DNA of 64,000 bases from Glaucostegus cemiculus. Taxonomy: Eukaryota. Shown piece by piece: positions 11,208-23,859 of this stretch. The notes under the pieces were generated by a model. The model did no database searches. It had not been told where the DNA came from and worked only from the letters and a program-made list of their open reading frames with translations. The DNA lies in NCBI GenBank assembly GCA_976551045.1, contig CDPCPM010000160.1, positions 992,001 through 1,056,000 of the forward strand, read 5' to 3'. A program made the translations under genes and the position numbers. How positions within the stretch are numbered: the stretch's first letter is position 1; every line of letters starts with the position of its first letter.

Positions 11208-14200
11208 GTGAGTGAGTCGTTGGTCTGGTTCAATCATTTATTTGTGACTGCTGCTTTCATTTTATGTTGGTGGTGAATGAATCTAATTTAATCTTTCCTG
11301 TCCAACTCACTTGTCCTTACACTGTAAGCGGGCAGCAGCTTACAGGCTGTTACACGCTGGCGTACAATTTGCTGAAGGAGGTATTCTTCCGATCGGGAAT
11401 TTGTAACGAAAGAATAAGGTCAATCTGCCTTCGATTCAGTTTGGGATTCCTCCCGGAAAGGCATCGGCCGTCTGGTAAACTACAGGCAGAGGATGCATGT
11501 GGGGTGGGACCGGCGCCGTGTTTCTCTGCCTCAGCTTCCCTTTCACCTCACTCTTCCCTCGCATGTTAAAGCCAGTTTTTACCACACTGAAAAGGAACTG
11601 CACTGTGATCCGGGAGTATTTCCAATGTCCCGAGTTTTCCAGACAGAGTCTGTGGAGAGAAAATAAGCAGAATGACGGTTTCAGGTCGATGCCATTTCAT
11701 CAGATAATTGAGTTGAGAGATCAATAATATCCCATCAGACCAGGGTCTTTCCTTCTGCCAGTGATCGGCGCTCCCGGATCGTCCTGAAAGGAAAGACTTA
11801 GGCCCTATTGCAAGAAACGGCGGAACTTCCAGGACTTATGCCCTGCATCACCACCAGACAAGGTGGATTTGGTCTAACGACTTGGGCTTGGGTCTAGAAA
11901 CTATTATTTATCACATAGGGGTTAATGCACACTGCTTCTAGAGCAGGGTCAGTGGTTCCAAAGATTTAAAGTGCTCTACGGGAAGTTTTACTCCAATGAC
12001 CTGTACCCGATGCAAGTACAAATGATACGTTAGCAAAACACAATGCGTTTTCATACAGGTTGTTCTAATTCACAAAGCGTATTTCTGTTGCTTTGAACTA
12101 ACGGCGTGGAATGGAGATTTCAGTGGCTCCATCGTCGGGAAAGCTGTTGTTAACACTTGAGCGCGGGACTGTTATGTGCTTTACATTTTAACTGTCTGTA
12201 TCTTACCTTTCGCCTTCCCAATACATGTTCAGAATTCAGTGCAGAATGTGCTATTCCTTGACAAATCTGTAGGTGAATTTCCTGATTATTAAAGTGAATA
12301 TTTGTATCCTTTGCACACCCTTTCAGTGTCGCTACTTCATCCACCTGACAAAACAAACAGAAATACTAGGGTGCATTAGCAATACAGACTGGGGTTCAAA
12401 ACTTGTCCATACATTTCATCGTTGTTTGGAGCTAAAGATAAGGGATCAAGACATCCACCCTGCCCAGACTTCAAAGTTATGTTTGTGGTAAATGATTCCC
12501 ATATTATGTGAGTTACCTGTTCCACCAGCGTAACATTTCTCAACAGAGTCATATAGTCATACAGCACGGAAACAGGCCCTTCGGCCCACTGACTACTACC
12601 CCACCATCAAGCACCCATTTTTACAAATCCTGCACCGATCCCATTTTATTCTCTACATTCCCATCAACTTCCCCCAGACTCGACTGCTCATCCGACACAC
12701 TGGGGACAAATTCCAGTTGACATTTAGCGAACCACTTTTTGCGGAAACCCAGCAATGAATACAGACGTTTATTGATTGGGGACAGGGAATCCATTCCAGT
12801 TCTTTTGTATAAACAGGAAATACTTTGGGCTTTCCTCCGTGACGCGGTCCAGACGACAGATCTCCCTGCTGATAGGTCAAAGCTTTCAGAAGCCCTGAAA
12901 CAACGAGACACCGCACATAATGCCTTTGTTTCAATTTTCTCACCCTTGGTTTGTAAACATAAACAGTAAAACAGATTAGGACATAATCAGAATTGTACGG
13001 ACACAATTATACATTAATCGTAGTTGCTGTCTCTGCCGTCACCTCTGCACGTGTTAGTTTGATTAATTACGTTGCAAATGGGTAGGAGCCGGCTTCATGG
13101 TATTTAGGAAGTTTTTTCTAGGGGTCGCAATAGCAGGTGTGATCCCCTCCATTCCAACAAGTTGCAGCTGGCTGTAATATTGATGCGGAAAGTCAGTCAG
13201 AGTAAGTATGACGTAGCCCGTCAGATGACGTGGCAGCAACGGAAACGAACCTTGGCAATACCTTTGGAAAGCAAATGTGCACCTGCTGTGTTAATATAAT
13301 ATTTAAAATCTAAGCAACTGGTTGCGTTTAGATAGTTTCTATAATGTTATAAATTATGTTCTGGTGCCACACTGGAGTTTTATAAAACAGAATTTGGTTC
13401 CAGGATAATTTGAGGCAGATGGCAGACAGTTTGGGCCAAGGAGGAAGATTTGAATGGGAGGAAAATGGCGAGGGGGTGGATATGGAAGGAGAGAATCAAT
13501 GCGGACGGGGTTACAACAGAAATTAAAAACTAGATGCATGAAAGGAAAGGAATAAACTCCGTTCGTGTGTTGGCGGCTGTAGCTTTAAATCGCGAAGTGA
13601 AACTTGTCCATTCACAGCTCGTCGCAATTCCCAAGTTTAGACATGTGTGGCAATGGACGGGGGAAGAGGTCCTGGGATTTACCTGGATCCCTCATGTTTT
13701 ATCTCCTTTGAGGGTGAGAAACATTGGGAAGACACTCGTAAGTGAGTGACTGGAGACAGAACAGTGAAATCTCTGGTCACTACGTTAAGCAATAGATGTT
13801 CTCCAGAGAGAGAGCCAAGTCACCAATTACACTCCCAGCAAAGGCCCGCAGGCAACTCGCACATCCATGACCCACGGCCAGACACAACACAATGCCCTTT
13901 CCAACGGCCGGGGCCAGCAGTGCGAGGCCCGTCGTTTAAGGCGACAATCTCATCTACTCTCTGCATTTAAATGAAACTCCGTCAAACCTCACAGAAAAAG
14001 ACCACTCGGCCCAGCAATCCATGTCTGATCCAACACGAATCCAATTTAATCCTCCTCATATTCCCAGCAATTCCTTCACGATTGTAGCACTCGGCTTAGC
14101 AGCAGGGAAATTTAGAGCAGCTAATTACCCGAGTGGAGGAGGAAGAATGGAGGAGCAGGTCATTGTTTACCTGGAGAGAGACAATGGGGATCTGGGTGTC

Positions 14201-14559
14201 CTACTGCATGAAGCACTGGGAGGTTATTGTGGAGGTAGATAAGGTTCAATGTTGTCTTCATTGCAAAGGCGATGAATATGGATCGCTACAGCTGTATCGA
14301 TAATGGGTGAGATCACAGCTGGACTGCATATAGGCCCTCTCTCTGTGCCTATCTGTCTTGCTGAATGTTGTCCTGGAGAGAGTGAGCGGGGTGCACCCTG
14401 CTCCACTACCGAACAAGAGAAAAATGACTCCTCATTGTGCAAGAGATATATTTTGCGTCATGCTCCGGTTATGGCTCAGAAACAGACGGAGCCCCGATAT
14501 TGTAGAGAACAGACAGGTGACTGGATCTGAAACCATCGACGAAGCAGGAAGAAAGGTCA

Positions 14560-15700
14560 GCTCTATAGAAAAAAAATGGATGGGAGATGCAAGCTTAACA
14601 GTTTAGAAATTGAACGGTGTTGCAGCTCAGAGTGACATTTGTGCCTGTGTACACAAATCAAAGAAGGTTAACGTGCATGTTCTCCAAACAATTAAGATGT
14701 AAATATTTAGCCCCTCCGTAACTGATACAACACATAAATCCCCTGTCCTTTATTGCAAAAAGGTCTCAGTATGAATGATGCCATGTTCCAACTATATCGA
14801 GCCCTGATGAGACAGCATTAGGGGTATGGAGTTACCTACAAGTAGGGACAGGGTTTCAGAATAAGAGATCACAATTTTAAGCCTGAGATAAGGAGAACTT
14901 CATGGCATTAGTTCTCCGAAATTTACTATTTATGTTAATGATACGAGGACGGGTTAATTCTCAGGTACTTTTTGTTGATCGTTGACACTAAAATAGGAGA
15001 AGGCACGTTCACATGAGGATATTGTGACCCAGCAACACTATGTGAACAGATTGATTCAGTGGGCAAAACCCGGTCACATAGAGTTCAATGTAGGGAAGTG
15101 TGACGTCGTGCACTTCAGTGAGTGGAATCCAAGGGCAGACTATTAACTGCATGGAAAGAGACTGCAAATGAGTGATGTACGAAGGATCCCAACGGTGCTT
15201 TGCAAGAATCACAAGGAATTGGCAGGCAGCTGCAGCAAGTAGTTACAGAGGCAACTAGTTTATTGGCATTTATTGCGGTGGGATTCAGAAATATGGAGGT
15301 TTGTTCCAGTTCTGCACGGTGTTGCTGAGGCCACTTCTGGAATATTGTGCAGTTTTTTCCACTTACCAAAGAAAGGATACAATCGAGTTGGAGCGAGTCC
15401 AAAGGTAATTCCCAGCCTAATTTATCGGTTGAGATGATTGTCCATTTCGAGAGACTCAACAGGTTGGGTCTGTATTCTCTAGAATGTGGAAGAATTAGGT
15501 TCTTCACTGAGGGCTGGGGACTTCTTGACTTCTCTACCCTAGAGAGCTGCAGAAGCGGAAATGTGGATCTTATTCCAAGCCACCATTCCCAGACAATGAA
15601 AATGCAAGAGAATCGAGCAGTATGGCGAGAGGGTGGGAAATTAGAGTGAGGACAAAACGGGATCAGCTATGATCTTATTGGTTGGCGGAACGGGCTTTTT
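14560..15700 (+). mobile_element. Decayed CR1-clade LINE fragments
   Basis: Remnants of DTKIG, EFNVGKCDV.HF, LAFIA.G and RP.LEYC motifs. Confidence 0.7.
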
Positions 15701-16061
15701 TAATTGGTCGCATGTGGCCCCTGCATCGAGCTCCTGAACAGTTCCTGATGTTTTCTCTTCGTTAACTAATTACTAATGTGCAATCTCAGTGCACTATTTT
15801 GCGTGTGTTCAATAACTCGTTTCAGATGTCAGTTGCTTCTTTTTGTTCAGATGACTCGTTTAATTCCGCTTTTCTTGTCAGAAATCTCTCATTTTCTCAA
15901 CCTGACACGACACACAAACTACATATTCCACGTCTTGCATTCATAAATCAAAAAGAAACAGAACTAAGATTCGCAAATACCAAATGATGCGCTGATTACC
16001 ACTATCACGCTCCTCTGCATCATATAACACCAGTGATCGTTACTCTCCTATATTTTGACAG

Positions 16062-16337
16062 AAGCCATTTCTAAGCCCACCATCTCAGCCAATAACACTC
16101 ATCCCGCAGAGCACAACGACGCAGTTGCTCTAACGTGCAATGCCACGGGGTCACCAACCTCATTTGAGTGGTTTCATCGAAATGAAACAATTCGCTCCGG
16201 TGATAGGACCGCCCTGACTCATGGCAATAAAACCCTCGTCATATCGGGAGTGTTGCGGACTGATGGAAAATTTGTGTGCCGAGTGTCTGATGCTTACAAT
16301 GAAAAGAGAAGTGATCCATATAATCTGAATGTTGCCT
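16062..16337 (+). CDS. Gene B exon 3, IgC2-like A1 domain (EAISKPTIS...LTC...W...FVC...SDPYNLNVA)
   Basis: 276 nt, acceptor TTTTGACAG, donor T|GTAAGT; CEACAM A-domain pattern KPxIxxNNxxPxExxDAVALTC. Confidence 0.9.
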
Positions 16338-16968
16338 GTAAGTGTAAAAACAAACTCCGCAAGCACTCGTTAATTATTACCAAACCTACGGAAAGCACGG
16401 GAAGGGAAGTTCTTCACTTTCTGTTTGTTTGATCTGATTCAGATATCTGACACGAAATTTGTAAAAACGTACATGGCGTCATGGTTACATGTTAAACCGT
16501 GCACGTCTGAGCAATGTAGGTTTGGTAATGCCTGGGGAAGCTGATTGATAGGACGATGATCAAGGATTATGTTTCTTTGATTCCCTATCAATCACCTTGC
16601 CCAGGACAGAGTATCCTTGGAAATGCTTTTGTTGGGTACGTCAAACAAAGCTTTGTATCCACAACTCCAAGAAATTAGCGATTACAGCAGGTCGCTGTTG
16701 AAACAGACAATTTCAATAAGCAAAATTTGCAATGCAAAGTGTACAAAGAATCAAATTCGAAAGATGGGATTAATGTTGAAGAAAGCTTTGTTATCCATGA
16801 AATATTTAGGCTTTAGATTCGTTGCAAATTTAGTTTAGTTCAATTCTATGCATTGCACAGATGGTAAATTGCATGAGTGTACTGGCTTAATGGGGCGTGG
16901 GTCGCTCGTAGTTCGGTCGCACTCCGAGTTTTGCGTCATATTTGAACCAACCAATGCATTTATTTTAG

Positions 16969-17233
16969 ATGGACCGGAATCTCTAATCATATCAATCAGC
17001 CCAGAGCTTGCTTTATATCCTGCGGGATCAAATGTAACTTTTTCCTGTTCCGCTGTTTCAAACCCCGCTGCTCAGTTTCAGTGGAATCGCGATAATTCAA
17101 CACATATGAAAAGCGGGAATCAGCTAATCATTGCAGACCTGTCCTTGAATCACACTGGCAATCACACTTGCAAAGCTTTCAACTCGATAACACAGAAATC
17201 CAAGTGTGACAACAAGGTTCATTGTTGTTATAG
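16969..17233 (+). CDS. Gene B exon 4, IgC2-like B1 domain, frameshifted near its 3' end (265 nt instead of 264)
   Basis: GPESLIISISP...GSNVTFSCSAVSNPAAQFQW...TC; one extra base around 17196-17203 relative to paralogous exon 23596-23859; donor G|GTAGGT. Confidence 0.8.
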
Positions 17234-17879
17234 GTAGGTGGAGAAGAAGGTGAGGGCTTCCTCCTTTCTTGTGGTGGCTTTTGTGGTGTTAGCTGCAGGA
17301 TTAGCAGAAGATGTAGAAGAAATTGTGCGACATTGCGTCTGTTGGCGTTGTTGCTAAAATCTGCCATTCTTGTTTTTAAGTGTTGATTTCAGTTGTGAAG
17401 TTTTAGTTCATTTGCATTTTGTTCTATTTCTTCCTGTTCTCTTTGTAAAAACGTGGACGTTTGTGTCAGGCAACTGATCTTCGCACTCAGACCTGAAGTT
17501 AAGAAGCAACTTACGTAGTTAATTTTATGAACTTCATTGTGGGGAAATGGGATCTTAGCGCCAACGTTTGAGACAAAAGAGAAGCAATGAACTCGTGGCA
17601 GGATTGTGTCCAATTCTGATCGGGCCACGGCTGGATCAATGTGGACATTTATGGTCTCTGCACAACAGGAAGAATCTGACACCTACGGAGAAGATGCAAG
17701 AGGTCTGACGCGGCCGCTGTCTGGTCCAGAAATTTATCATTCCAAGAATATCGGGCTGTAGTTGCTTTCTTTGAAGCAATACAGTCAATACAGCTGCATA
17801 AAATTATGTACCGTATTGTTGTTAACGAAATCGTGCCCCATGTGCATCCTGTGAAGCCTTTCCGCACTCGTGCGGATAA

Positions 17880-18900
17880 ACTCTACCTGTCATCTTTCTG
17901 CCCATGTCTGTAACTGATCTATATTTTGCCTTATCCTTTGACAACCTTCTTCACAGTTCACAATTCGGGAATTTGTTTAGTCTCCAAACCTACTGATCAG
18001 CCCGTCTACTTTTTCGTCCAAGTCACTTCTCCAACAGGGTTCCAATACGGACCCCGCGCAAAACCACTGGTCACAGACCTCCAGCCAGAACAAACCCCCT
18101 CCACCACTTCCCTCTGTCTTCTATGGCCAAGAAAATGTTGAATCGATTCTATGAAGTCCCGGTGGACCCCGAGGGCCTTAATCTTCTGGATCGCGTTGCC
18201 TTGTCTAATGCCTCACGGAAACCCATGCAGGCAACATCCACTACCCTACCCTCATCGATGGTCTTCGCCACCTCCTCAAAGAACTTAATCAACTTCGGAA
18301 GGTTATGACCAGCTCTGCACAAATCCTAGCTGACACTGCCCAAACGACTCATGCTCTTCCAAATGCCAATAAAACATTTGCCTAAAATTCTTTTCAAAGA
18401 GCTTCCCTCCAATTGATCCGAGTCTCACTGATCTATCATTTCCCCTACTGTCGCCTAATGCACTTTTCAAACAAGGGGACAACTTTAGTTACTCTCCAGC
18501 CCTCTGGGACCTCGCCTGGGGTGAGAGTGGACACGAAAGTATAAGTCAGCGCCCCAGTAGTCTACACTGTCGCCTCTCTTAATAACCTGGGATGGATACC
18601 ATCAGGGCCTGGGGACATCTGCATGAATGTTCTTCGAGAGACTCAACACCACCTCGTTGGTCACATGAACATGCCCTGGAAACTTCGCATAGCCCTCCCT
18701 GATCTCACTGTCCTCCACGCCCTTCTCCTGATCCCAAGTACTCATGTAGTACCTCACACTCTTCCTCTGGTTGCAGGCTCAGATTCATTCCGTTGTCCAG
18801 AAGTTCTCCTACCATCTCCTGGGCTACTTTATTCTTAATGTATGTACAAAGGGACAAAGGATTTTCAAAAATCCTATGTTAAAAAGGATATTTCGTGGTA
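17880..18900 (-). mobile_element. Decayed CR1-clade LINE ORF2 (RT region) fragment
   Basis: Minus strand gives LIKFFEEVAKTIDEGRVVDVACMGF..ALDK and SPGPDGI.P-type motifs. Confidence 0.8.
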
Positions 18901-21526
18901 ATTTTTGGCCTAGTTCCCTGTTTCAGTTCTTTCTTGCTTTCCTTTTATTCCTTAAGGGCCCTGTCTGATTTCAGAGGCTTGTTGAATATTCCAGGCTATT
19001 TTACGACAGTTGAGCGTACAATGACCAAACAACAGTGCTAACAGACCAAGCAAGCTCCGCACACTGGCGAAGCAGCATTGGTTTGACGTGTTACGAGCCA
19101 CTCCAGCCACGCTACGTCCTCGGGACTTCAAGGTGAGAGCGGCAGAAGTTGGCGAAAGACGAGATCCAGAAAGGCAGTAGAAACTTGGCTCAGCATCCTT
19201 CATATTTAACATAGAAGAGTATAGCACAAGAACCGTTCCGCCCGCGAAGTTGTGCCGAACTAAAATACACAGGGTGGTAAAAAGCTGATTGTTAAAGGCA
19301 GTGAATCAGTTCTGGGATATCACAAAAGGAGATTATCGGGGCCGAATTCCCAGATAACGACCATCAAAGGATTTCGCCTCGATGAGACATTTCAAACTGA
19401 AAATGGATGTTTTCAAGTCAATGTCAGTGTTTAGGAACTAATATATGAAATAGTGATTGAAGCTGAAATCAGTTACCTGATAAAAATGAATGCTCTTTAA
19501 AATTTGGAAAGTACACTTTCTGTTGGAGATGGTGATCCCAGTCCTCTGGAAAACACGGATCCCAAGTAAATCCGACCACTCAGCCCTGTTGATCCGAAGC
19601 CACTGCTGGATGCGTCCGTGTTTCTGGGTTTCGACCAGGAGGTCGGATGCGGTCGCCGCTAATCAGCGGGTTCCAGACTTCCGCGGCCCCAACGCGCGCG
19701 ACCGAAGTCACAACCGCCTGGAGCTGCGGGAAATACCTCGGCAAACCTCTGTTGCAAATCAACCCCACAAGTGATGCACCCATCCTGTCAATGTGCCGAT
19801 ATTATCTAAGACACAGCCATGTTCAGAGTGTACTAGACATCCCATGTTACATGGGACGAGCACTGAGCTCTCAGAACTGCAAAGCTCAGGAAGCTCTGTT
19901 AAGATCTTGTGCTTCAAAATCCCCGTCTCTGGCCTCGTATCCGTGTGCGCATATCAGCAGTGACTTCCGCAGTCGCTGCAACATGCCTTCGGCCACAGTG
20001 AACACTAACTGGTCGTTGGTAGATAAGGCGGAGGCGTGAGCGTGGCTGATGTTTGCCCGTGACCAGTGCGTCTAGAGCCAGGGGCCGCAATAACAGTACA
20101 GAGATGAGGAAATGTTTCATCAGGTCACAGTGAGGCACAGTACGGAGACGGGACCTTCAGCACACTGTTCCTTCAATAACCCATTTACGTCCCACTCCAC
20201 TCCCATCAGCTCCCTCCAGAATCTACCAGCGGCAGTTTACAGTTGCCAATTCATCTCTCAGCCCGCACAATTTTGGGAGGAACCCGGACACAGGCGGAAC
20301 TTGCAACCCCAAAACACAGCAAACTGCGAAGGTCAGGATTGGACTCGGGTCTCTGGAGCTGTGAGGGTACCCATATCCGTGCCGAAGATAGTGAGGCTTT
20401 GATACTCCCGACACGTGTGGCCTGGAGTCTCAGTCGCTGAATATATTCAAGAGAGTTTGCTGGGATTTTGGGCGTAAATTTGAAAGACCCGACATGATCT
20501 TATGGCAAAGCAGGATCGACGGGCCGAATAGCCTGCACGTACTTCTACTTCTTCTGCCGTAGTCCTCCGTAAAACATCCATCAACTCATTTGACACATTG
20601 CTCGCTATCCTGACGGGGCGAAATTAATTTAATTCCATCTCACGTCAAGTCTTCGGGATCACAACCCCTGTCTCCCGATAATTAGTCATGGACAAAAGTT
20701 AGAGAGGTTTCACACAATCACTCTCACACCATCTCCCGTATCTTCCCAACGCAAAATACGAAACGTAACCGATCACCCGAACGCTTTACTGCATTGTATT
20801 CATTTATGTTCACTTTCAATGCATTTACCTTTTCCTTTACAACTGACTCGTTTCAGTTGTCCAGAACTAATTAGACTGGGACCAGCGGGGCCAGTTCTGG
20901 GACCCACATTGACGGGATTGGAGATTGTCTTCCGAGAAGGGCCGATTGCATTTATCAGGTTAATACGGGGATTGCAGGGGTTCAATACTGTGGAGAGTTT
21001 CCACACACCAGGACTGAATCTCGGGGAATGCAAGCTGAATCGTGTTTTGGGTTCAAGGAATAAAATGATTCCCGCTGCTTGACAGTCTGAGACCGGTGGT
21101 TAGAATCTGGAATTAAACCCTGGTTTCGGCAATGGGGTTTGGGAACGCTTCTACATACACACAGGAGGGAAATAATTGGGGTTTCTCGCAAGCGAAGTGC
21201 AGTAGATGCCTTTCAGCAAAGCTGGGAAAGGTTGAAGATTGTAGAAAATGAATGTTAAGATGCAGAGAGAAGTGAGGGAAGGGAGATGAGAGAAAAGGGG
21301 AAGAGCTGCGATCTGGAGTGCAGGGAGGTGCAGGCGAAATAAAAGTTTCCCCGTGTTTCCTTCTCCACCTCCGCTGACTGGTCGTTGAGTATTTCATTCA
21401 TTCTCTGGGTTCACCTCAGATTCCGCATCTCCAGTGTTACGCTTTCTATAAGACGTGTATTCTCTCGGGGATATAATTGCTGCGCATTACGTTACAAGTA
21501 ATTTACTATCTGATGTGTTTTAACAG

Positions 21527-21802
21527 AACCTGTATCTAAGCCCGTTATCACATCCAATGACACCGACCCCGAAGAATACAATGACACTGTTAGTTTGACG
21601 TGCCACGCAAGAGGGACGGATGTTTCGTATCTGTGGTTTATGAACAATAAGACAGTTAACGCTGGCGGTAGGATTACCCTGAGTTCCAACAACAGCGCCT
21701 TGACTATCTCTGGGGTGCTGAGATCGGTCGAGGAATTCACCTGCGTTGCGTACAACTTGATGAATAAAAACACCAGCGATCCATTTCTACTGAACGTTCG
21801 CT
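21527..21802 (+). CDS. Gene B exon 5, A2 domain (EPVSKPVITSNDTDPEEYNDTVSLTC...FTC...SDPFLLNVR)
   Basis: 276 nt, acceptor TTTTAACAG, donor T|GTAAGT, open frame with C-W-C Ig core. Confidence 0.92.
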
Positions 21803-23595
21803 GTAAGTGCAACTGTGGTGGCCCGTTTGATCTCACTGACGTTTAACATTTCATTGTCCTATACAATGTATCATAACTCTGAGAGCTTGTACTGGATTTC
21901 ACTGGCATGAGGTTCGATGGAACAAAGTTAACCAATAATCCCATTGGTCTATGGGCAGCGGGGGTATATACTACCGCTCCTCTTCAGAGTCAGTTTAAAA
22001 TTTGTATCTATCTAACCAAACATCACGACCCATTGTCCATGGATCCCAGTCCAGCTGAGCTTCTCCCATTTTCTTTAACATCCCTGGGTCTCCTTTCCCT
22101 GCCCCAGTATGAATGAGCTTTAGTCGGTATGGAAACAATCTCTATTCCAGCCCACAAGCCTTCCGGCAACAGAAATACAACCTCTGCTCAATGGAACCTG
22201 TCGGCAAAACACAAGTGCATTGTCAAACTGACTTAGCAAATTAGCTGACCAAATGTTGCTGTGCTTAGAAATGATATAACGTCAATTTCACCCTCGTCTA
22301 CTTATCAAACTGAACATATGGAGATGGCGTCCGTTATTTTTCCCTTGGGGTCCAATTGTTGCAGTGATGCGTCGCATTCCTACATGGTACCGTAAACCAG
22401 CGAATCTTCGCTATCCTGATATTTCCACCGCAATTTCTGCGATCAGCCAGAGTTTACCGTTTCGTAACTAGTGGTATTGAACTGGGTTTGGTGTAGTTGA
22501 GGTTAAGAGGGGAAATTTGGATCATGTTGTCCCCAGAGAGGGTTTGAATTTCAAGGGTATGTATGTGCATTGTGGAGCGATGCTCTGCGATACTGAGAAT
22601 ATCACATCAATATTTAGTTAGGTATGAAATTATGTTCAAATTTTTTTAGCTTCAGTCTGATTGTTTCTCACATTTAATTGACCTCTGACCTCCACGCGAC
22701 CCTCGGCTCTATCAGCGTGGGCTTCTCAGCTGGGAAGTTCCAGGGGAAACAAGGGTTCGACAAGGAATTCTGGCATTGCCACTGACGTCTGAATCTCTTG
22801 ATGACGTGTTTAAGAAATTTCGTCCTAGTAGCCTTTGATTGGAGACTTCAGCTGAGAGTCAACCTAGCTGGTTGGTCTGGATTCACACCGAAGCCCAGAC
22901 CGGGTAATGCAGCGGATTTCGTTTCCGGGGGGACAGGGGGAAACGAGCTATGATTTTACCGCGGTCCGGTAGTTACCTGATTAACATTGGTGAGACTATT
23001 TTTGATGCACCAAAAGATGTCTCATGCCCGTCTCTATCAGTGACATAAAAGAGTTCGGCGTGGAACAATTATAGTGGTCACCTCACATCCCTTGGTATCT
23101 CGAGGGAAATTTAGGAGACACCGCAGGAACGGGCTGAGCGGTGTCAATTGTTATGCACGACCCAGAAGAGAACATCTCTGCTTCACGCTGGCGTATCATG
23201 GGAGGATGAAAAAAGAAAATGTTAGCCCTGTTTCCTTCGCAGCTGAGTCTCTCCAAGCAGCCGAGCATCTACCATGACCCAACATTACCCTCCCCTATCA
23301 AAGTTGCATCGTTCACTGTCCTCAGGCAGACGCCACAACAGGAATAATATCCAGATGACCGTAAACTTGTCTGGTAGAGCGGTTGGCACCACCGTTTGTG
23401 CAGGTGACCATCATCTGCTGGAAGGAGATTGTTTCCATACCGATTTCTTCTGAGGTGTGACTCGGTGGGAGCGGGTAGAATTAGTGTGGCAGTGGCTTCT
23501 CTCTGTTCAGTCGTTGTAGTGGCCAAGTGCCGGGATGGAGATCTGCTTTGGAGTCCTGGATGAAATTCTGCAAACGGACTGTGCATTTGTTTTAG

Positions 23596-23859
23596 ATGGA
23601 CCGGAAAATCTAACCATTTCCATCAGCCCAGACCTTGCTGCGTACGGTATGAGGTCAAACGTGAATTTTTCCTGTTCGGCTGTTTCGAACCCCGCTCCTG
23701 CATTTCAGTGGTATTTCAATGGTTCATCTCTTCAGACAAGTGGACGGCGCCTGAACCTTGTTGACTTATCCCTGAATGACACTGGCAGTTACACATGTGA
23801 GGCGTTTAACAATTTAACCAAAAGGTCGAGCTCAACAACACGAAACCTTGTCGTTTTAG
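23596..23859 (+). CDS. Gene B exon 6, B2 domain (GPENLTISISP...FSCSAVSNPAPAFQWYFNG...DTGSYTCEAFN...)
   Basis: 264 nt, acceptor TTTTAG, donor G|GTATGT. Confidence 0.92.
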
